Assembly: GCA_037134875.1 (NCBI GenBank)
Contig: JBAXLH010000004.1
Location: 1,233 to 65,232, forward strand
DNA: 64,000 nt
Direction of reading: 5' to 3'
Source of the DNA: a bacterium
GTDB lineage: Bacteria; Patescibacteriota; Minisyncoccia; Phycocordibacterales; DATDWN01
Shown here: positions 40,451-48,266 of the stretch, in pieces
Layout of the letters: every line of letters begins with the position of its first letter
Position numbering within the stretch: the stretch's first letter is position 1
Notes under the pieces: model-generated
What the model was told of the DNA's origin: nothing
The model's input: only the letters and a program-made list of their open reading frames with translations
The model's database searches: none
Position numbers and translations under genes: made by a program

Positions 40451-40508
40451 AAAAAGCCCAAATTTGGCGATCTCCTAGTTGAGGATCTTATCCAAATTTG
40501 AGCTTTTT
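40451..40508 (+). repeat. Palindromic element family C, short copy
   Basis: CAAATTTGGCGATCTCCTAGTTGAGGATCTTATCCAAATTTG right after the cca stop. Confidence 0.8.
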
Positions 40509-40509
40509 G

Positions 40510-41982
40510 CTATTTAACGTAGTGTTTTCCTCGTATTTTCTTTATTTCTTCCTCATCCGCCTCATCTTTCACCTCTTTTCCCTTCTCACCTAGTTCTTTC
40601 AATTCATTTTCCGGCATATGTATGAGTTCCACTGCTCTATTCTCCAGATATTCTTCAGTATTTTTCTTTGGATCTTCCAAGACTTCCTCGAGGAGTGCGT
40701 GCAGAGTCCAACCAATTCTTGGTCCAGGTGTTACATGTGTAACATCCATTATTTTTTTGCCATCTATTTTGAGCATTCCAACTGAAATCGGATCTCTCAG
40801 AGCCTCTTCTATCATCGAATGATATTTTCGCAGACGATACGGATCTTCTTTGGGTCTACCAGTGCCTATACGGTCGCATATGCGTACATTCATAAGATCC
40901 CATATATTTTCCCGTCCAACATTTACAATCATTCTACGGACCGCTGAGAGCGTAATTTGCTCGGTGTCAGAAAAGAACATATGCCACCGTGCCATTTTTG
41001 TAACTTTCTCAATAATTTTTGTCGGATATCGCAAATCATTTAGAATTTTCCGAGTCATACGTGAACCGACTACTTCGTGACCATAAAATGTCCATTGATT
41101 CTGCTCTTTTCCCCATCTGCGAGCTTCTGGTTTGGAAATATCGTGCAGTAAAGCCGTTAAACGGACTTCTAGAGGAAAATCACGATCGGCCCCAGCTTGC
41201 ACACTTCGGAGCAAATGTTCCCAAACATCGTATTTGTGAGCATGATTCTGGTCAATTCCTATTGTTTTTTCTAACTCCGGTAGTACATATTGCAAAATTC
41301 CAAGCTTTTTCATAAGCAAAAGTCCATCCATTGGTCTCGGAGACATAATCAGCTTTGTAAACTCATCACGGATTCTCTCTTTTGATATGTTTTGAAGCAA
41401 ATGCCCGTTCTCTGCTATTGATTTTTCTGTTTCAGGTGAAACTTCAAATCCAAGTTCTGCAAAAAATCTGACTGCTCGTAGGATGCGCAGGCCGTCTTCC
41501 TGAAATCTCTCTGTTGGATTCCCTACTGTACGAATAATTTTGTCCTTTATATCTTTTTGTCCATCATAAAAGTCAATTAGCTGATTTTTTGATACAGAGT
41601 ACGCTAGCGCATTCATTGTAAAATCTCGTCTCTGCAAATCGTCCTCAATTTTTTGACTGAAAACAACACTATCTGGATGTCGATTGTCAGAATACCCTGA
41701 TTCCATTCGGTATGGAGTCACTTCGACGACTTTGTAGAGCTCATTTTCTGTATTTTCGTCTACGACACCCACTGTACCAAATGTATTTTCATAAAATGTC
41801 TTGGGAAATATGGCTATAATCTGTTCTGGTGTGGCATTTGTGGTAACATCCCAGTCCTTTGGTTCCCTACCTAGTATGATGTCTCGTACACAACCACCAA
41901 CCAAAAAAGCCTCAAAACCTGCATTTTCAAGCATTTTTGTTACATATGAAACTTCTTTTGGTATTGAAAACTTTGTTTTCAT
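40510..41982 (-). CDS. cca: CCA tRNA nucleotidyltransferase with HD domain
   Basis: VGGCVRD, DWDVTT, DLQRRDFTMNA, EDGLRILRAVRF, LLHDI. Confidence 0.93.
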   Translation of the reverse strand: MKTKFSIPKEVSYVTKMLENAGFEAFLVGGCVRDIILGREPKDWDVTTNATPEQIIAIFPKTFYENTFGTVGVVDENTENELYKVVEVTPYRMESGYSDNRHPDSVVFSQKIEDDLQRRDFTMNALAYSVSKNQLIDFYDGQKDIKDKIIRTVGNPTERFQEDGLRILRAVRFFAELGFEVSPETEKSIAENGHLLQNISKERIRDEFTKLIMSPRPMDGLLLMKKLGILQYVLPELEKTIGIDQNHAHKYDVWEHLLRSVQAGADRDFPLEVRLTALLHDISKPEARRWGKEQNQWTFYGHEVVGSRMTRKILNDLRYPTKIIEKVTKMARWHMFFSDTEQITLSAVRRMIVNVGRENIWDLMNVRICDRIGTGRPKEDPYRLRKYHSMIEEALRDPISVGMLKIDGKKIMDVTHVTPGPRIGWTLHALLEEVLEDPKKNTEEYLENRAVELIHMPENELKELGEKGKEVKDEADEEEIKKIRGKHYVK

Positions 41983-42030
41983 AAATGAATAATAGCATTA
42001 ATTACAGATTTGTTGTATATTATACCCTAT

Positions 42031-42102
42031 GCGCCCGTAGCTCAATGGATAGAGTACCGGTCTTCGGAACCGTGGATGTGGGTTCGATTCCTGCCGGGCG
42101 CA
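42031..42102 (+). tRNA. tRNA-Arg(TCG), CCA not encoded
   Basis: GCGCCCG/CGGGCGC acceptor, anticodon loop CT-TCG-GA, GGTTCGATTCC T-arm. Confidence 0.93.
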
Positions 42103-42141
42103 CTAGGCTAAAAATCTCCCTGTTATGGGAGATTTTTTGCA

Positions 42142-42327
42142 CTAGTGCGAGTCGGAGCGGGCACCAGTCGAGCACGACTGGTCGCGAGGTCAGGGTCCGA
42201 GGAAACTTTTGAGCGACAGCGAAAAAGTTATTCAGGACTCACATACTTTTTCAGCAGAAAAAGTGGCCGAGTCCTGAGGCAAAGGAAATTTCAATTCGAC
42301 GGAATTGAAATTATCCGACGTCACTAG
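42142..42327 (+). repeat. tRNA-associated structured element family B, copy 1
   Basis: CTAGTG...CACTAG ends; CGGAGCGGG-stem(AGCA)-GTCGCGAGG and GGAAA...TTATCC modules shared with 44631-44716. Confidence 0.78.
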
Positions 42328-42381
42328 CGCGACGTCACCAGAGGATTCAAAAACAGCCTAACTTCAGCTTTTTTTCACTTG

Positions 42382-42452
42382 TGCGGGCGAGGAGAGTCGA
42401 ACTCCTACTATTTGATTGGCAACCAAATGTTCTACCGCTAAACTACGCCCGC
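42382..42452 (-). tRNA. tRNA-Gly(GCC), CCA not encoded
   Basis: Reverse complement GCGGGCG...TTTGG-TTGCCAA-TCAAA...GTTCGAC...CGCCCGCA. Confidence 0.93.
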
Positions 42453-43114
42453 ATTAACTCATAAGACATCAAATCAATCCATTTCAAGACCTTAATTTTC
42501 AATGTCTTCTTGGAGATTATAATATTTCCGACTCCAAAAAGCAACCTCTTTGTCTTGTGTTTTCCTTGGATTACTTGAGTTTTATATAAATTATCCCTAG
42601 TTAAATCAAGCTTTTCTAACCACCAATTTTCGCATTTTTCTATATCAAGATCTGGGTAACATAACAGCCAAAAACGTATATTTTCTCTAGGAATATTACA
42701 ATATTTTCCCAAGAATTTTATAAATATTCCAAGAACAGAGTGATCAATATTCCCTATTCTCAGAGAGTTATTGTTATTTGACTTGTCCCCTTCTCCTACG
42801 TAGAGCATTAATGCTCCAATAAACATAGGGTCATTTTTGAATTTCTCAAACTGTACAGTTGCCTCCTCTTCTGCTAATTTATATTTTTCGGATAAATTCA
42901 GTCTCCTTTGTTTGTTCATTGAGATGATTTTTTTAGTCGAATTCTTTATATTTTCCTTGTTATTTTTCAAAGCAATTTTTTTTGACCATTCCTTATTTGA
43001 AAACCAATACGATAACATACTGGAGGATATTCCAGTTTCTCTGTTTATAAAGCCATAGCTTTTCCCAAGTTTTCTTAGTTCAATGGCTTTTTGTTTTAAC
43101 TCCTGTGATACCAT
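42443..43114 (-). CDS. HTH plus LAGLIDADG-like protein, stop codon inside tRNA-Gly
   Basis: N-terminal KAIELRKLGKSY...GISSSMLSYW helix-turn-helix; FIGALMLYVGEG helix resembling the LAGLIDADG motif. Confidence 0.6.
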   Translation of the reverse strand: MVSQELKQKAIELRKLGKSYGFINRETGISSSMLSYWFSNKEWSKKIALKNNKENIKNSTKKIISMNKQRRLNLSEKYKLAEEEATVQFEKFKNDPMFIGALMLYVGEGDKSNNNNSLRIGNIDHSVLGIFIKFLGKYCNIPRENIRFWLLCYPDLDIEKCENWWLEKLDLTRDNLYKTQVIQGKHKTKRLLFGVGNIIISKKTLKIKVLKWIDLMSYELMRA

Positions 43115-43325
43115 ATAAATAAATTATACAACAGTTCAATAATATACAGGTCTGTCTTTTTTACAAACTGTGGATAAGTCTGTGGACATGGGGATTAAAG
43201 ACAAGTCTTTGACTTGAGTCAAACTTTGGGACAGATCTGAGTCTGTTTCAAAAATACGGCTAAAAATATGAGTTTATAAAAAACAGACAGTCTTTTTTAT
43301 GTCTGTTTTTGAGAAAAACTGTAAT

Positions 43326-43631
43326 TGTTTCACGTGAAAATATATTTTGTGTTCCACATGTAACTTTTTGGTTTGTAACGGTATAATTTGTTACATGTGG
43401 AACAAAAAGCACAAAGAACCAACTCAGAAACAAATAATTGGCAGAATTGGCGAGGATTGTGCGTGTGAATATTTAAAAAAGAAAGGTTTTGTAATTGTTG
43501 ATCGGAATTACCTCAAGAAGTGGGGAGAAATAGATATTGTGGCAAAAAAGGCCAAAAAGATACATTTTGTAGAAGTTAAAAGTGTTTCTCGGCCAATTTC
43601 CACCGAAAAGAGGGAAGTTACACGTGGAACA
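43326..43631. promoter_or_regulatory. parS cluster (ParB binding sites)
   Basis: TGTTTCACGTGAAAAT 43326, TGTTCCACATGTAACT 43350, TGTTACATGTGGAACA 43389, AGTTACACGTGGAACA 43616 versus consensus TGTTNCACGTGAAACA. Confidence 0.8.
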
Positions 43632-43823
43632 GGAGGAGAATATCGACCAGAGGACAATATGCATCCGTGGAAACTTCAAAGACTTGGCAGGGTTATTCAG
43701 TCATATTTGCTGGATAAAAATGTTTCAGATGAAACAGATTGGCAGTTTGATGTTGCAACTGTCTATATAGACAGTGAAAAAAGACTTTCTCGAGTTTTTC
43801 TTTTAGAAGACATTGTCTTATAG
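43395..43823 (+). CDS. YraN (UPF0102) family nuclease-like protein
   Basis: GRIGEDCACEYL, RNY..KWGEIDIVA, HFVEVK. Confidence 0.9.
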   Translation: MWNKKHKEPTQKQIIGRIGEDCACEYLKKKGFVIVDRNYLKKWGEIDIVAKKAKKIHFVEVKSVSRPISTEKREVTRGTGGEYRPEDNMHPWKLQRLGRVIQSYLLDKNVSDETDWQFDVATVYIDSEKRLSRVFLLEDIVL

Positions 43824-43848
43824 GGGATTGTGATATACTTTTTAAGGT

Positions 43849-44469
43849 ATGAGAGATTTTCTGAATTACTTTGGTCAACTCAGGATGTATTCGTTGGTTG
43901 ATCTTATATTATTACTTGTTGTTATTGGTACAGGTACGGAGCAACTCATTGGAGCTGTTGTTTTGCATATTGCATTTTTGGTTTTCCTCGAAAGTCGGCA
44001 TTCTCATTCGTATAGAAAACAAACGCCAGAATGGATATCCTACATCCTCGCGATTTTTGGTCTTGTGTTGTATGGGAAAATTGAAGGCTTCATATATTTG
44101 ATTTTCAGTTATTTGTACACAAAGAAAAACAAGGGTACTGCTTTTATGAGTCCGCTTGTGAGGGGTTTTCAGAACTTTTTTATAGTTGCTGGTATTATTG
44201 GATATCAGAATCCGATCACATATCTAGCCGGAGGATTGCTGTGTCTCAGAAATTTGGCAGGGGATTTGCGAGATACTGAAAAGGATAGGGGAGAGAATAT
44301 GAGGACGGTACCTGTTATTTTGGGAATACGGAAAAGTATCAAGCATATTCATCTTGTTGCTATGATTGCGACGTCGGTTGTTTGGTGGTCGCTCTCGTCA
44401 ATTTCTATTTACTGGCTTCTCTTGGTTATTTTGATTGAAGTTTCTACCTACTATCTGACACCGAGATAA
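43849..44469 (+). CDS. UbiA prenyltransferase-like membrane protein
   Basis: Multiple TM; DLRDTEKD....RTVPVILG resembles the second UbiA Asp-rich motif. Confidence 0.55.
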   Translation: MRDFLNYFGQLRMYSLVDLILLLVVIGTGTEQLIGAVVLHIAFLVFLESRHSHSYRKQTPEWISYILAIFGLVLYGKIEGFIYLIFSYLYTKKNKGTAFMSPLVRGFQNFFIVAGIIGYQNPITYLAGGLLCLRNLAGDLRDTEKDRGENMRTVPVILGIRKSIKHIHLVAMIATSVVWWSLSSISIYWLLLVILIEVSTYYLTPR

Positions 44470-44519
44470 TTTGTGATTTTGATTTTTTGTGATAGACTGC
44501 GTATGTTAATTTAAGTTTA

Positions 44520-44590
44520 CGGGGTGTAGTATAGCGGTAGTATACCTGTTTTGGGAACAGGCGGCCCGAGTTCGATTCTCGGCACCCCGA
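44520..44590 (+). tRNA. tRNA-Pro(TGG), CCA not encoded
   Basis: CGGGGTG/CACCCCG acceptor, CCTGT-TTTGGGA-ACAGG anticodon arm. Confidence 0.94.
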
Positions 44591-44601
44591 CAATCAAAAA
44601 C

Positions 44602-44744
44602 GGAGTTTTTGTTCCGCCGAAAATCGAAAGCCGGAGCGGGTACCTAGTCAGCAGACTAGGTCGCGAGGCGGGGTCGCGGAAATTTCCGAGTGACGACGAG
44701 GAAATTATCCGTGACCGATTCTCGGCACCCCGACAATCAAAAAC
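44602..44744 (+). mobile_element. 143-bp structured element (family B) flanked by a duplicated tRNA-Pro 3' end
   Basis: 29-nt direct repeat CGATTCTCGGCACCCCGACAATCAAAAAC at 44573-44601 and 44716-44744; third degenerate copy near 44757-44781. Confidence 0.75.
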
Positions 44745-44812
44745 AAAGTCTCTGTTCCGTGACCAATTCTCGGCACTCCGATAAGATTTTAATTATTTTC
44801 TAAATAAAAACA

Positions 44813-44884
44813 CGGGGCATGGTGTAACGGTAACATTCACGATTCGGGTTCGTGAGACTCTGAGTTCAAATCTCAGTGCCCCGA
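44813..44884 (+). tRNA. tRNA-Pro(CGG), CCA not encoded
   Basis: CGGGGCA/TGCCCCG acceptor, CACGA-TTCGGGT-TCGTG anticodon arm. Confidence 0.92.
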
Positions 44885-45040
44885 CAAAAACCAACTATTT
44901 TTATAATATAAAAACACTTGACAAGTGTGGTATTTTTGTTATAGAATATTTCTGTCAGTATGGGAAACCTGCTGATCTTTTCCTGCCTTGCTTTCGGGCT
45001 TGGATGGGAAATGTAATTCCTCAAGAAGGAGGGACCAAAA

Positions 45041-45808
45041 ATGCAAACGGCATTTTGGATCCTCGGGATCATCTATTTCTTGATCGCAATTGTTTTTGCG
45101 GTCAAGAAGACCCGCGAAGTTTTCGTCGGGTCGGTCGAGTGGCCCCGCCGGTACTCCTGCCAATACTATAACAGGAGACAGTGGTGGAAGAAGCAGGTAG
45201 TACCCTGCCTGGGCCAACTGGCCCTGATAGGGGTCTGCTTCCTCTTCTGGGCAACCGTCGGGTTGCCCGCGTGGGTGGCGACCATACCGGTCCGCCGACG
45301 GCAGGCCTGCGAGGTTCAGCGGCGGCGGGAAGAGGATTTGGCCCGTAATAAGGCACGGGCTGAGCGGGTGGCGAAATGGCGGGCGGAGCACCCACCTGTG
45401 CTCTATTACAACAAGAACAACGGCGTTGTCCGTGTCGTCCGCAAGGGCGCCTACGACAACGCTGTTGTGGAGCGGGCTCGCCGGGTTCGCAATGGCGAAG
45501 AGCCGAAAGGTTGCTTCGTCTTCGCGGGTAATCCGGTCATCCTGTTTCTCCACACCTCGGCTGAGGTCAGGGTACCGGAGTGGTCGGCGGGGAAGCTGTC
45601 GGACTTCGACCGGCTCGTGGCAGGCGATTTTGGGCCTGTCGTCGTCGAACGACGGCGGGACATTCTCGTTACTTTCAGTTCGGGGGAGGCGGAACCTTGG
45701 ATGTGGGAACCCTATCGCCAGGGTTCCGACGAGAAGAGGAGGCTGGAGCAGGCGCTCCAGTACCTCCTTCACCAGGACGTTCCCCCCGACGTCCTCGCCG
45801 ACAACTAG
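45041..45808 (+). CDS. GC-rich hypothetical membrane protein
   Basis: SD AAGGAGG upstream, two hydrophobic segments, promoter TTGACA 44918/TAGAAT 44942, terminator GCCCAGTC-GTAG-GACTGGGC-TTTTT at 45843. Confidence 0.7.
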   Translation: MQTAFWILGIIYFLIAIVFAVKKTREVFVGSVEWPRRYSCQYYNRRQWWKKQVVPCLGQLALIGVCFLFWATVGLPAWVATIPVRRRQACEVQRRREEDLARNKARAERVAKWRAEHPPVLYYNKNNGVVRVVRKGAYDNAVVERARRVRNGEEPKGCFVFAGNPVILFLHTSAEVRVPEWSAGKLSDFDRLVAGDFGPVVVERRRDILVTFSSGEAEPWMWEPYRQGSDEKRRLEQALQYLLHQDVPPDVLADN

Positions 45809-45913
45809 TTCATTAAACCGAGCCTAACCGGATGGATAGGTGGCCCAGTCGTAGGACTGGGCTTTTTCTTTTGCAAAATTTTTTGCCGTGATACTATGTG
45901 AATATTAACAAAT

Positions 45914-46225
45914 ATGCCATCTCAAACATTTATAAAAAACAAAGAGGACTTCGTGTGTGAAAAGTGCGGTTTTGCTGTGCAGGGAAATGGCTACACAAAC
46001 CATTGTCCGCAGTGTCTCTGGTCCAAGCATGTGGATGTTCATCCGGGCGACAGGGCAGAGAGTTGTGGAGGAATGATGGAGCCGATTCGTGTGGAAGTCA
46101 AAAAAGGTGAGTACACAATCATTCACAAATGCGAAAGGTGTGGACTGGAGCGACCAAACAAAGCAGTCAAAGACGACAATTTTCAAATGCTCGTGCAGAT
46201 CTTGGCGGAGAATGCACACAGATGA
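45914..46225 (+). CDS. RNHCP-domain zinc-binding protein
   Basis: FVCEKCG, TNHCPQCLWSKHVD..PGDR...CGG.M, HKCERCG. Confidence 0.88.
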   Translation: MPSQTFIKNKEDFVCEKCGFAVQGNGYTNHCPQCLWSKHVDVHPGDRAESCGGMMEPIRVEVKKGEYTIIHKCERCGLERPNKAVKDDNFQMLVQILAENAHR

Positions 46226-46246
46226 TTATCTTGATATACTGTATGT

Positions 46247-47077
46247 ATGGAAGGACAAAAAGAATTTTTATTACCCGAGACGGTGGAAAAGGATGAATCG
46301 CTTGCGAGAAAATTGCAAAAAGATTTATTCAGAGCGTGTGAAAAAAGTAATTTTAATTTAGTTAGAATTCTCCGAGAAAAATTTGAAAGAGAATATCCAG
46401 ATCAGCTCGAGGGGGTTGAGGCTCTGTTTGGTTTTGTTGATTGTCTCAGAGATACAGACAAGTTGGACAGGGGAGAAGTGAAGCACAAGGACAGATCAAA
46501 GGTTTATGAAGAATTAACTCAGTATCAATTTCTCGTTAGTCATTTCATAAAAGAAAACTCGGAGGACAAAGAATTTCTCACTTTGTTTTGGAATGCGTTA
46601 CACAAAATATCAGCGCCTGGATATATACGAGAATTTAATATTTATAAACATGGAATACTGACACAGGTAGCAACGTTTAAAATTTTTGAAAAAATCGGTG
46701 AGAATCCAACAATGTCTCACCCAAAAGAAGATGCATTCAAATCAATCGATATGTGGGTTGGAGAAGATGCAGTGCAAATAAAAGGTGATGCGCGAGCTAC
46801 CAAACTCGAATTGGTTGAGGTAAAAAAAGAAGGTGTTGTGGGAGTACCTGGCATTATTATTGATAAAAATAATCAGAGCCGTTATTTCTCGAGTGAGATG
46901 TTCGGCAAAATCCAGAGATTTAAAGTAAAATTTGAAGAATACAAAAAATATTTGGGCAAGGAACATATCAAAGCCTACTTTTTGGTCATCCCGTTTTCAA
47001 TGATAGATCCAGTGACAGGAGAGCCCAGTGCCGAGCTTGTCGCAGAAGCCAAAAGTAAAATCGACCAAATGAATTAG
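46247..47077 (+). CDS. Hypothetical protein, possible PD-(D/E)XK-fold
   Basis: EDAFKSIDMW....VQIK resembles an ID..QxK catalytic signature. Confidence 0.5.
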   Translation: MEGQKEFLLPETVEKDESLARKLQKDLFRACEKSNFNLVRILREKFEREYPDQLEGVEALFGFVDCLRDTDKLDRGEVKHKDRSKVYEELTQYQFLVSHFIKENSEDKEFLTLFWNALHKISAPGYIREFNIYKHGILTQVATFKIFEKIGENPTMSHPKEDAFKSIDMWVGEDAVQIKGDARATKLELVEVKKEGVVGVPGIIIDKNNQSRYFSSEMFGKIQRFKVKFEEYKKYLGKEHIKAYFLVIPFSMIDPVTGEPSAELVAEAKSKIDQMN

Positions 47078-47174
47078 TCATATTTCTGGCTACATTTTTT
47101 GATTTTACAAAATAAAATAGGAAAATCTGTCAAAAGTGCTTGACAGATTTTTCATAGTATGCTATCATTATATC

Positions 47175-47666
47175 AGATAAGGTAGCTCAAGGACGGTGCC
47201 CCCGCCCGAGAGTTTAGCCCAAAAGGGCCTACCATCTACCGGATCCGCTTGGGGCGGTTCGGTTTTGTTCCAAGTCGCAGGACTTGGGACTAGGGGACAC
47301 TGATGTGCCAAGGGGTATGTCAGTGAAATGGCCGCCGGTCCGACCGGTCCTAGGAGAGGAGGATGGCGAAGTAGGGAAAGTACGGGTTTACCCCGGAAAA
47401 TCCGCCCGAAAAGCTTAGTTCGCCCTCGTGCGAACCACCTTCTCCCCGAAAACCTGTTGAGTTCCAAGGGACTTGATGGGTAGGGTGTAATGCGCACAAA
47501 CAGTGGCCACTGTTTGTCCGCGCGATCAGGGTCGGTTCGTCGTCAAGGCGGGCCAAAGGTCCTCTGGGGTTTCTCCCTAGAGCACGGCTTCAGAAGCCGT
47601 AGGTTCCGCTCCGCGGACCGACCCTGATCAACACAGAACGGACTCTTCGGAGGACCGTTCTTTTTC
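47175..47666 (+). ncRNA. Putative ~490-nt structured non-coding RNA
   Basis: TTGACA(47140)-17-TATCAT(47163) promoter, dense GC-rich hairpins, terminator GAACGG...CCGTTC-TTTTT, no convincing ORF. Confidence 0.65.
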
Positions 47667-47733
47667 TTTATACATTTGCCAGATATGAAAATCCACCACA
47701 CGTGCGTGTGATGGGTTATTTTTTGTACTATTT

Positions 47734-48207
47734 TTACGCGAGGAAAATATCCACGCAATTTTTTTCAATAAATGTTGCCAGATCGCTCGACGATTTGCGA
47801 AGCTCGGAAATACGAGCGGTCGACCTTTCCCTGTTTATGTCAGTTGGTTGCAAATAAATCATAAAACCAGCAGTGGCGATGATTGGAATGAGTGACCATG
47901 TATCAATCGCTCTCGGCATACCCCCGTCTTTTCCGAGGCTCATATTATAGCGGGCGACTGCAATTGCCAGCTTGTTCAAAAATTGATCTTGTGCCAAGTT
48001 GACGGGTATCACGACCCATGGATATGGCTCGAGATTTTTTACATGACCGGCACAAGAACAGGCTGTTTTGTAGCCGATTTTCCAGAGAGTTTTGACGAGG
48101 ACCCTAATACCTTCCTCGACATAGTTAAAACCAATATATTCAAGATTTAGGTCTGGTTCGAGAGGGATAATCTCGTGGCCTTCAAAATCGAATTGCGAGT
48201 TGAACAT
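47734..48207 (-). CDS. Hypothetical protein with T..SCAGH motif
   Basis: GYKTACSCAGH...YPWV. Confidence 0.55.
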   Translation of the reverse strand: MFNSQFDFEGHEIIPLEPDLNLEYIGFNYVEEGIRVLVKTLWKIGYKTACSCAGHVKNLEPYPWVVIPVNLAQDQFLNKLAIAVARYNMSLGKDGGMPRAIDTWSLIPIIATAGFMIYLQPTDINRERSTARISELRKSSSDLATFIEKNCVDIFLA

Positions 48208-48266
48208 TCCGCGCTCAATAATACGTATTTTCTGATCAAACGCAAGAATTGTTATCGAGATGTGTT

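Noticed and set aside
44939-45772. 277-aa minus-strand ORF
   Set aside because: Shadow of the GC-rich + strand gene, which has the promoter, SD and terminator
47298-47330. Hammerhead ribozyme (CTGATG...GAAA)
   Set aside because: Core reads CUGAUGU rather than CUGAnGA and is paired within a hairpin
47370-47645. RNase P RNA (GGGAAAGTACGGG and ACAGAACGG resemble P4 strands)
   Set aside because: The conserved GAGGAAAGUCC and ACAGAA.CCGGCUUA elements are not matched and their position in the transcript is wrong; left as unknown ncRNA
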